A stretch of 63,717 nt of DNA, the filler included, from Licmophora abbreviata (Eukaryota), in the NCBI GenBank assembly GCA_900291995.1. It is 17 parts of 17 records of this genome, joined end to end, with 100 filler letters (N's around TTAATTAATTAA, not from the genome) between each part and the next. Parts side by side here need not be neighbours in the genome. Positions count along the whole stretch, not along the records: positions 48,424 to 52,650 come from OLMU01000278.1; positions 52,751 to 54,701 come from OLMU01000279.1; positions 54,802 to 56,554 come from OLMU01000280.1; positions 56,655 to 61,184 come from OLMU01000281.1; positions 61,285 to 63,717 come from OLMU01000286.1; 12 more parts are not named here. One strand, given 5' to 3'. Numbering within the stretch: position 1 is the first letter of the stretch; each line of letters begins with the position of its first letter. A model generated the notes under the pieces. The model did not search any database. It was not told the origin of the DNA and saw only the letters and a list, made by a program, of their open reading frames with translations. Shown here piece after piece: positions 51,467 through 61,754 of this stretch. Position numbers and translations under genes: made by a program.

Positions 51467-51952
51467 CGACCGAGGTATTATACTTGCGTCGACGATTGGA
51501 TCGATCGTACGAACGCTACGAACACAACATCATCGTCATCAGTGAACACTCTCGGCGCCGCGAGAGTCGACAGTTTCAAAGTTAGTCGAGGAGACGTGCG
51601 AAGACTTTTTGCGCGCCAAACTCCTCAGAAGGTGAGACGGAAGGACGACGGATGCCCATATGCGCCCGCACGGTCACCATGCGGTGACATTCCGTTTTTG
51701 ATTTCACACGATTCCGTTGAAGTGATATCATGACATTCTCGAAAGTACTCTGACGAAATTAAGAAAATGCATAGGGTCTAATAACAAAATATCATAGCCT
51801 TTAGCTCCGAAGATAGTATTTGGAATTGAATTTTTATGAGGGGGTCATTTTGGATTCAAAAAGTGGATGCAGATGAGCATGACATAAATCTGGATGAAAA
51901 GCACCAAGGTTGCGCTGCCATCAACAAACATACTTAGTAGCCGATGTTGACC

Positions 51953-54158
51953 ATGAAGACATCCAGGTCCTGCATATCGGCCGCGACTGTAGCTTTGGTG
52001 CTTCTATGCTGCGGCATAACGAGCGTCGAGGCCGCTGTTCGTGGGGCAGAATGGCAGCAGACATACGTACGGCGCAGTCTTACGCGCATGACCAGCGATG
52101 ATGACTGCCGGCGGCGACTGGGGATGGGCAAAGGCGAATGCGAAGAGGAGCATGACAAGAAAGAAAGGTGTCGAAAGTTAACTATGGGGGGCAGGAAAAA
52201 TGATAGGGATTGCGACGACTCGAAAGACAACATTTTCTCGAGAAAGTCTCCTGGGGGAAATCGCATGTCGTCCTCTGGTTCCAGCAAAAACAAGCCGTCC
52301 GGGAAGAAACCTTCATCAGACAAAAAGCCGAGCAAACCATCTGGAAAAAAGCCAGCGCCGAAGCCCATGGACAGCAAGCCATCTGGAAAGAAACCAGTGC
52401 AAAAGAAACGGAAAAGTGGGTCATCTAAGGCCATGTCGATGTCGAGCGACTCGAGGAAAGTGAAAAAGCCGTCGGGAAAGAAACCCAACTCTAGGAGCTC
52501 AAATTCCAAGTCATCAGGGAAGAAGCCGTCAGGATCTGGGAAGAAGCCATCCAACTCCTCTGAGAGCAACGACAAGCCTTCCGGTAAAAAGCCCGCGAAC
52601 GACAAACCTTCCGGTAAAAAGCCTTCGAACGACAAGCCATCCGGCAAAAANNNNNNNNNNNNNNNNNNNNNNNNNNNNNNNNNNNNNNNNNNNNTTAATT
52701 AATTAANNNNNNNNNNNNNNNNNNNNNNNNNNNNNNNNNNNNNNNNNNNNCAACTAGCCCGGCGCCATCATCCAGTCCAACAGGTACGCCATCGCTTACT
52801 CCATCGGTCAGTCAGATGCCGACGACGAGCGTTCAGCCGAGTTCATCTCCCACTGTAAGCACATCACCTTCTTTGTTCCCGTCGGTATATCCAAGCGTCG
52901 CCCCTTCCGAAAGTAGTGCACCAACGACTAGCCCTGCACCCAGTATCAGCCCAACTGCAAGCCTTGCGCCAACCAGCAGTCCAGCTCCATCTTCGAATCC
53001 GACCGTTAGTCCGGCTCCCTCCACCAGTCCATCTCCCACAATTAGTCCTCTTCCTAGTGCTGAGCCCACGAAATCATCCCAGCCGACCGGTACCGCGCCC
53101 CCCACTGGTTCACCGGCGCCAACACCCGGGACGGCGGCTCCCTTCAATTGCGAATTAAACGAGTCGGGTAACGTGGGAGAGATATCGTCCAGTGGAGCTG
53201 AGGTGCCGTACTTTTATGAGCTTGAGACTATTCCCGGACTCAACGAACGTACTGTGGAACGGATTGTCGGCAAGTACGATATTGCGGTCGTCGAATATCT
53301 CATTCCGAATGTGTTCCCTCAGTGCGCTGACGCAAGTCGAGCGTTGAGGATTCGTCGTCTTCAGGAGACTGATGTGGTTGTGGGTATGAGCACATCTCCC
53401 CCGGATGAACCAATTTTTGGAGGTTAGTCTGTGGCTTGTAGTTTATCGCAGTGATGTTGCTTGCTAAGGGCGTAGTCTCACTTCCTAGACCCGCTTCTTT
53501 CACAGCTCAATGTAGTAAGCCGTTGGCAAGCGACGAAAATAACTGCTATGTTGTCGACGGCGGGATAAGTGTGTTTGCTGACTCGCAGGATGGATTCCAA
53601 GAGGCAGTCGCGGCAATTCAAGCAGAAATAGATGCCGCTTTCAATAGTGGGGAATTCGATGATGTTGACATCCGCGTGACTAGCTCAACAAGTATCGGAA
53701 CGCTTCCACCCACTCAATCGCCCACGCGGGCCCCTGCCCAGGTGAACGGAGACGATGGTCTTCCTGTTTGGGCATACGTTCTTATTGGAGGCGGCGCGTT
53801 CGCTGCTGTGGCCGCATGCGTCTTTGCGGTAACGAGGCGTCGTAACAGGGAAAATCAGGCGAAACAAAGCCTTGTGGAGGAAGATGAGTTTTATCGGGCG
53901 AGTGGGAGCGACTATCGAGGAAGTGCAGGAGAGCGTCGGTCGGATATAAGCGCTGGGGATGCTCGGCCTATGATGATGGACGATGACGAATTTGAGACCG
54001 ATTCTGACGAGGATACACCGATGACTCATCGACTTTCATCACATAGCGATCGTCCAACAACCCCTGTGGGCCACGACTCTTTCCAGCGACCATCTGCGGC
54101 GGATAGGTCAGCACTCCTGGAAAGCTTAAATGGTGAAGGGATATCGCCTGAGCTTTAG
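51953..54158 (+). CDS. Type-I membrane protein with silaffin-like Lys/Ser region, P/S/T stalk and Cys domain, array member C (gap 52651-52750; intron 53423-53505)
   Basis: Signal peptide, RSL/RRL/RKL, many KPSGKK units, shared domain with IRRLQ, TM GLPVWAYVLIG. Joining across the gap is inferred. Confidence 0.75.
52568..52650 (+). repeat. Coding 30-nt tandem repeat (NDKPSGKKP[A/S]) running into the gap
   Basis: Units at 52568, 52598 and 52628 (partial). Confidence 0.9.
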
Positions 54159-54801
54159 TGCAGAATGCGAACACAGAAAGCTTCCATTACAGTCTGCTGG
54201 CAGCTATGGGGTCGCGCGCCTAGAAAAATTTTCATATTGATTCATATTATTGTCCAAGAATGTGCTTTGGGATACAGCATCTGGTATCGGTACCACTTTG
54301 TTGTTTAGAGTGATTAGTGACACATCGTGTTTTTCCAAAAGAATTGCAGCCTATCCTTTTTTCGTGTCAATTGCTCTGATGTACTATACTTCCTCACACG
54401 GAATGACTTGGAGCTCCGCCGGTATGCGGTAGGTAGCTATGCCGAACAATGTAGAGGGAAAGCCGACAACGATGAGAAGGATGGCTTTACCATCACATCA
54501 GTTTAGTATCGTATTGTCTAGCTCTGGCGAAAAAATAAACTCAGCTGTACCATATATAAATCATGTCGAATATAATACAATATACGAACTGGCTGGGACT
54601 GGAAGTTTGGAATTTTTCGTTCGCGTGAACCTCTGATCTAATACGTATTCAACAGAGCGTGAAGTTGACGGCTGTTTTATGGACCATATGTGCTGCATCA
54701 CNNNNNNNNNNNNNNNNNNNNNNNNNNNNNNNNNNNNNNNNNNNNTTAATTAATTAANNNNNNNNNNNNNNNNNNNNNNNNNNNNNNNNNNNNNNNNNNN
54801 N

Positions 54802-56554
54802 CCGATAGAGAGGCCACCGGAGCCATCGGTAAGTGAACCTCCAGAGAGCAGAGAGCCAACAATATCGAGGCCTAGCACTACCAGTCGACCCTCCAATGGA
54901 GACCCAACGGTGCCCTCTGAGCCCTCGGCCGGTGCACCGTCAGTATCTGATCTCCCCTCGGCTCCAACTGTGAGTCCACCGCCTGCTAGGCCTTCCCCTG
55001 CGATAACATCGAGTCCCGCTTTGACACAGTCGCCTACACCGGCACAAGTTCCTACGGGCGGTGCTACTCCGCCGCCGGCGCGGACTCTATCTCCAGTCAC
55101 TTCTTCACCAGACGACACTGCATCCCCAACAGTCACTCAGCTTCCAACGATTACAGCAGGTCCCACGCCATTCCCGACCACAACAGCTCCACCGACCACA
55201 ACCCCGTCTCCTCATACGGTGACACCAGTAGCGACTGTATTCCCAACTGCGACGCCTTTTCCAACGATCACACCGGAACCCTCGCCACCCCCCACCATTA
55301 CAGCTTCGCCGACACCAAACCCCCCTCCTACCGGTACAGTTACACTAGCACCCACTCTGACTGCGGCGCCGACGCTTACACCGCTTCCAACATCGTCGCC
55401 GACTAGGACGGCCGGCCCAACGGTTTCGCCTGCTCCAACGATAACTGATGGTCCTTCGCCATCTCCTACCGTCTCACCTTCGCCGACAGAGAGTCTATCA
55501 CCCGCTACTACCTTTCTTCCCACGCGGACTTCAGTGCCAACAGCAACATCCACTCCGACCTCGTCGCTTTCACAGACAGCAGCACCTACAGTAACGTCTT
55601 TTCCGACCGCTTCGTTGAGTCCAACTCTAGTCTGTGCGGTGAACGATGCAGGGAATTTCGGGTCTTTGGAAGGAAACGAAGCGACTGTCGGTTACTTCTA
55701 TCAAATCGAAACGACGGCAGCAGTTGACGAGGAGATAGTTGACAGCGAGATTGCTCCCATTTTGGAGACAGAAATTTCGAATGTAATCCTACCCGTTGCA
55801 TTTCCCGAGGAGTGCGATAACCCAGAAATGCGACGCCTACAGATTTTGCACCGGAAACTGGAGGTCCTAGGGCTAAGTTCACGACCCTCTGATATGGTGC
55901 TTTCTGGAGGTGAGTGTTTGTGATCAATTTTTCAATGTAACTTGTTTTCGGATTTCAATATCTCACTTTTTCCCACATATCGTAACAGTCGAGTGCGTAG
56001 CTGACCAAGTCAGCGATGACAACAACTGTTTCATCGTGCTCGGCGCCTTGACGCTTGCAACGGGAGGCGAAGAATTGGACCCTATGCTGGAGGAGTCGAT
56101 TCAATCAGTCTTGGAGCTGTCAATTAAAAATGGGATGTTCGACGATGTTGATAGTCGAGTCGTTCAATTGACGTACGTCAATTCTACGGACATTGTCGGT
56201 GGTGATCCGAATGGGGGTAGGGGAGGCGGTGGGGATGGGTCCCTACCAGCGTATGCGTGGGTTTTCATTGGCGCGGGGGTTGCCCTTTCATCAACGGCGC
56301 TGTACATAGTGATGAGGTCAAGAAGTAGAGAACGAGACGAAGAAGAAACACCCTTTGTGTATCCCATCGACGGTTCCGGGAGCAACTCTTTGGCGTGGGA
56401 GTCGGAGGATGCGTTGGCTGACGATGTGGGCTCGCGGGGCAGCGTAACGTCAGAAAGTGAGGATGTGGAACCGTCGAGAATACGCGCTATACCTCTCGCC
56501 GAGGCCGACCCATTTTCCGTGCTGGAAGCATCAGATGATGACGGCGAAGATTTC
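54802..56554 (+). CDS. Type-I membrane protein with long P/T mucin-like stalk and Cys domain, array member D (both ends in gaps; intron 55910-55988)
   Basis: PT repeats, CAVNDAGNFG...YFYQIET...FPEEC...RRLQ, TM GSLPAYAWVFIG. Confidence 0.8.
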
Positions 56555-56661
56555 NNNNNNNNNNNNNNNNNNNNNNNNNNNNNNNNNNNNNNNNNNNNTT
56601 AATTAATTAANNNNNNNNNNNNNNNNNNNNNNNNNNNNNNNNNNNNNNNNNNNNCAGAGGG

Positions 56662-56681
56662 GACTCGACTCGGCTCACTCG
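56662..56681 (+). promoter_or_regulatory. Putative upstream element GACTCGACTCGGCTCACTCG
   Basis: Second copy of the 49393 motif, 250 nt upstream of the ATG at 56931. Confidence 0.4.
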
Positions 56682-56930
56682 ATGAAAATTTCACCATGCT
56701 AAAGAATGTATGCTATTTATAAAATGAGCCTATACAGAAGCGAGAGGCAAGATGCTCATGGCTTGCGCAATCGTGCCGGATGCTAATGATGCCGCGCCAT
56801 AATTATGAGCTTCCTTCCACACACAACAGTATCCCACGATGATGACCATGTTCGATGTGCATTCATTGGTGTTTGCTCTGAAACGTTAAGAGAGACTCGA
56901 TCGTGCTTTGTTGCCGCTTCCATCGTGAGC

Positions 56931-58133
56931 ATGTTTTTTCCATTGAGCCATGCGAGGAGAAGAAGAGGCACAAGAAGGAAACGGGGCCTGACAAGCTGGC
57001 GTGACTTGGCGATCGTCTCGATTGCAGTGTCCTTCGTGTGGACTGCCAACTCTTCCAGTCAATGCCAGGGCAAGACGTGCAGACATCGGCAAGGTCCGAA
57101 GGAAGACAACGTCTTTGTGACGCCGACGGTGTCGCCTTCTCCGTCTCGGTCGCCAGCCCCGACCAGCACATCCAGTCCAACTCATTTCGTTTGCACCGTC
57201 GATGAGACTGGCATTTTCGGCTCCGGTGCTGGCATTGCCACGATCGTCGATTACTACTATCAAGTCGAAACTATGGCAGGGGTCACCGAGAGCATAGTAG
57301 ACGATGAGATTGCCCCTGCTACGGAACGGTCCATTGCCAGTACAATCCTGCCGACGTTGTTCCCTGACGAATGCGAATCACGCGCCTTGACTCGTCGCCT
57401 GCAGAAGAGGCGACTCCAAACGCTGGGCTTCGCTTCTCGACCACCCGATCGCGTCCTATCTGGGAGTAAGTACAAATGAGACACTGTGAATCTTTTGCGG
57501 GCAGCCTCTGCTGATCTCACAAGCCTATCGCTCATCACTCATTCAGTTCCGTGTCAAGTAGAACAGGTCGATGCAAACAACAACTGCTTTCTAGTGGACG
57601 GTGCCTTTACGCTGGTGACAGATACTCTTAATTTGGATCCTGGTCTTGAGGGTTCCATTCAGCAATTGCTCGAGTCGACCATCGACAGTGGCGCATTCGA
57701 CGAGGTCGACGATCGTGTCGTGAAGATATCATACATTCCAGAGGCGGACGTGATCGGCATCAATCCCATCAGTGGTGGCGAAGAAGAGGACAAACAAGCA
57801 CAGGCAGATGGAAGTCTTCCCAGCTACGTGTGGGTTATGATCGCAGTCGGAGTGGCTGGCACGTCGGTGATGCTCTACCTCGTCGCGTCGTCAAGATGGA
57901 AACATCGACAAGACGAAACGACGGTTAGTGGCGAAGGATCTTTCGATGGAGGCACGGTGCAATGGCAGCCACTAGCAGTCTCACAAGACGAGTATATTGA
58001 TGAAGTGGCGTCGTTGCAGATTGCGGATACACCGCATGAGTCGGACATGTACATTAGCAGTCATTCCGAATACGACGACGAGGATACGGACGATGATGAC
58101 CATACTGCACCGACAAGCAATCAACTAGTCTAG
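56931..58133 (+). CDS. Type-I membrane protein with Cys domain, array member E (intron 57466-57546)
   Basis: CTVDETGIFG...YYYQVET...FPDEC...RRLQKRRLQ, TM GSLPSYVWVMI, acidic tail. Confidence 0.8.
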
Positions 58134-58525
58134 TTCTAGAGAGCATGAGAGAGGATTTCGTCTGGGGATGGAGTGAATGACAATGTATAGTTTAAGAGGC
58201 ATGAAAGAGAAGTAGAGTAATGGAAAGTCAACAGACTCCTCCCCTTTTGTGTGTGCTTGTCAAGATGATGGCATCAGTCATCAGTTGGAATTGCTTGGAA
58301 CGAAATTTGACGAGTTTCAAGTTGATGGACGCACGGACTCTTGTGTATCACACGTGTGTGTAGCGTCGTCGCGTCGTCGTACCAAACACACCATGAGACG
58401 CAAACCCACACTGAAATAAGTCAAGGCATCAGCGTTGGAATGAATTGATTGCCGTGGGGTAGATAGACATATGCTTTGTAGCGAAATAGCGGCGTTGACA
58501 AAGATCCGAGGAACGCAGAAAAATC

Positions 58526-60245
58526 ATGTCTTCGCCATCACACGAGGAGCACGACGACAACGACAACAAGTCAAAGGAGGATCTGGACGCCTTCTTGATC
58601 GAAGTCGAGTCGAAATTACGAGGACCCTTTTCGTCCCTTGTTCTATCGGATACAGCCATGCGATCTTCTTCTCCGCGGGAATACTTGAATATGATCAGAC
58701 GGATCCTTCCGAAGATGGACAAAGTCGTCAAATTGCGCCTGTGCGTGGGACTTCTTGGATTGGAGCCATTGAAGGAAACAGATGATGTTGTGTATGACAT
58801 CTTGACCAAGTTGCAAGAAGCTCCTGTCCATGAAGAGTGGGTCCGAGTCGTTGCGGGGGTGTGTCGAGGGATCTTATTTACGGGAGACGGATCAAGAGAG
58901 TCTTGTAGAGGCGACGAAGCGCGCTCGTTGCTAGCCAAGACTTGCCAAAACATCCTTGCGCAGGCGGACGATGATAGAGGAGATGACTCTACTCGAGTTC
59001 AGGATTTGGATCCGCTCTTTGCGCCATTTTACTACTCTCTTTTGGATACCGACGTTCTTAAGGACGTGCTGCCCGACTGTTTGTCGAATCCACATTTCGT
59101 GGTCAATCGGGACGCGGACATATTACAGGAGGACGACAAACTGGAAAAAGTAAAAATACAGGAAGAGGCAAGAGCGTTGTCGACTCCTCGCTCTTCCCAA
59201 TCCGAGTCTACTTCAGCGTCAGTTTCTCTGGAGCCTGTCATTATGCCCGGCATGCGGTCGATCGCTTCGTCATCCTTGTCAAGGCCCAAGGCCACTGCAA
59301 CGAAGAGCTCCATGTTTATCCAATCGAAACGACCAGCTACAGGGAACTCGGGAGGACGTCAGCTAGTAGCGGTGAGTGTGCGCTGGCATCCATCAAACTC
59401 TGAGTTGAACTTGCGTATGGCTCATTTTATATCTCGCCTGTTGTCTTGGCAGAATGCTCGAAAGACACCGATACACGCTCGCAAGGCGGGGGCGGCGCAG
59501 TCGCTTCTCGCAAAGGGTCGAAAACTGGGAAAGCTGAGCGCAGGGGTACAGTCTGGTGGAGTCCCTTCGTCGGCGACGAGGGGCACGAGGGCGAACAATG
59601 AAGTATGGGAACAGTCGATCCAAAATGAAAATGATTGATGTTTCGGAAGTCAAAGGGCTGCAAGAGCGCGACAGCAGGGTGACAGACGAAGGTACCAAGG
59701 AAGACAAGAAGAGTGCAAGGAAACGCAAAATTTTGGAAGCTGCGGCTGCCAAGGGTCTGGTTTCCGAGGCAAAGCTGAAAAAGGCGAAGATGAGCGGCAC
59801 TGAAACTCCTGCTATGGAAGAAAAAGAGATTGAAAAGAAGGAATCTGTACCCGACTCTGGGCCTTCTGTCAATGCACGACGAATACCAGCGTCTGCGAGC
59901 TCTGTTGCTAATGGACCGTCGGACAGAAGTGCGCAGATCAAAACCCCTGATGGTGGTGATGCTCAACCTTCTTCCCAGGCTCCGAATAACGAGAAACAGG
60001 ACTGGAGGCTGCTATTGCAAAAGGCGAATAAGCTGTCGGCAGAAGATGGTTTCCGTGTAAAGGCTTTCTTCACGGATCGTTTCAATCCGACTCCGGACGT
60101 TCCTGTCTACAAGATGAAACTGAACGAGGAGAAGATGATCGACCCGGAAACTAATGGGATGGTTAAAGAAACGCTCTACTTGGAGCTGAATTATACCACG
60201 TATGGCTTCAAAAAGCTGCGGAAGCGGAAAAAGTATGACACTTAG
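58526..60245 (+). CDS. NELFA: Negative elongation factor A homologue (intron 59372-59452; apparent +1 frameshift at G-run 59580-59583)
   Basis: Three ordered blocks resemble animal NELF-A: VKLRLCVGLL...EEWVRVVA, KMIDVSEV...RKRK, and ANKLS...FF...NP...MKLNE...ELNYTT..KKLRK. Confidence 0.78.
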
Positions 60246-60257
60246 AGCACCGCCGAG

Positions 60258-60930
60258 CTATCTTAGATCGATCGAAGGTTCTTCAAATAGCTTTAGTAAC
60301 TCTTTCTTGTTTACCTTTCCCATGGCATTTTCGGTAGTTCGTCGACCATCAGCAGTCTAGAGAGCACTTTGATTTGCGCCATTCTTGGTTCACACCAGAT
60401 GAGCACGTCTTCTAGGGAGAGCACTTTCTGCCCAGTGCTTTCAGTGGCAGTTGGCGTCAAAGGGCTGGAAGTCCACACGAGCGCCAGCATAGGCGGCACA
60501 CGACAAGACATTGATGACACCGTGAAAGTGATGCAGCGGCAAGACATGGAGGGCCACATCGGTTGGCTTCCAGTGCCACGAGAAAACAAGACCCGTCACT
60601 TGATGGAATATAGTCCGATATGGGGAAAGGACGCATTTTAGCTTGCCTGTCGTTCCGGATGTGTACAAGACAAGAGCTGCAGTATCCAAGTCAGGCACGA
60701 CACCGCCGTCGCCCAATTCATCGTTCTTGATTTGATAGATCCTTCACACTCAGTAGTATCCTTCCTTCCTGTGCATGCAGTGAGGCCTGTTCAGCAAGGG
60801 CAAGCTGTCGTGATGTAGCTCTTGTGTGGTGGGAGGTGTCGCCGAATGCACACCGATACAGTGGGACGACGAGAGGGCACGGCAGCAAATTCGGAAGCTT
60901 TTCCAAGCCAATTTCTCTCATGATGCGATA
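60258..60930 (-). pseudogene. Degraded acyl-CoA synthetase (ACSF3/malonyl-CoA synthetase-like) with internal deletion
   Basis: LYTSGTTGKLKCV and LHVLPLHHFHG, then a stop. The C-terminal VDELPK / NAMGKVNKKEL follows almost immediately in shifted frames. Confidence 0.75.
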
Positions 60931-61284
60931 CCCACGGTTCTTACCGCTGTATGAAAAGGCGACCCCATGGTGGCGACAAGCCGACGGTGATGTCGTTCTA
61001 TCATGATGATGCGGTCGTCGCCGCGATCACTGTTTTCTGGCGCGCGCGATGTCCTGTGTCTTGCGATGATGGACGCGGCGGCGACGACGAAGACCACAAA
61101 ACGCGCCATGATCAGCATGGGCCCCGCACATTTATTTTCGTCCCTCCTCCTAATCCTTTGATACCGTCCAAACAACAGGCAACANNNNNNNNNNNNNNNN
61201 NNNNNNNNNNNNNNNNNNNNNNNNNNNNTTAATTAATTAANNNNNNNNNNNNNNNNNNNNNNNNNNNNNNNNNNNNNNNNNNNN

Positions 61285-61425
61285 GAACATGCCCAATCTG
61301 GTGGTGCTCGTGGATGAAAGCATCGCGTCCTGGTTTGGAACAACACCGAAAGCAGCGGACGTAGAAGAAGAGATGGTTAGAATGGCTAAAGCAATCAACG
61401 CAATCGAGCTACGAGTCACCATCAT
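61285..61425 (-). CDS. 5' fragment of a plastid-targeted protein (cut by gap)
   Basis: Signal peptide ending SAA-F, followed by an S/T-rich transit peptide. Confidence 0.5.
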
Positions 61426-61754
61426 GATCAGTAAGCAGCACTAAGATCAAAATAGTTGTGATGGAGACGACGACGGCGAGAATGATGACATGGCAGAAAC
61501 CTCTTTCTCTAAAACATCAAAGAGATGATGATGGCGTGTCATAGTTTAGAGCGCACACAATGACATCATCGCATCATCGCCAGTCAAGATCGCGTCGCAA
61601 AAGTGGCAAAATCGAAACACCGCGCACAAAATTTGGAAATGGCGGGAACCACATAGTAGAGCATATTGAGCCCAGAATAGCGCCACAGAATACCTCCGAT
61701 TGTCGATTCGATACAAGGAGTGTTGAAAATCCAGCTACAAGAATCTGCTGCAAA

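Noticed and set aside
51934..52647. 237-aa antisense ORF with FFPDG repeats
   Set aside because: Shadow of the KPSGKK-coding strand. The same applies to the G/V-rich antisense ORFs at 52833 and 55212.
38270..60245. MED14, EDC4 and NELF-A in one window as a possible gene-expression cluster
   Set aside because: They are separated by unrelated genes, with no evidence beyond chance proximity in a compact genome.
1903..61284. Sixteen copies of palindromic TTAATTAATTAA flanked by N-runs
   Set aside because: Artificial scaffold linker with stops in all six frames; not a repeat element or CRISPR array.
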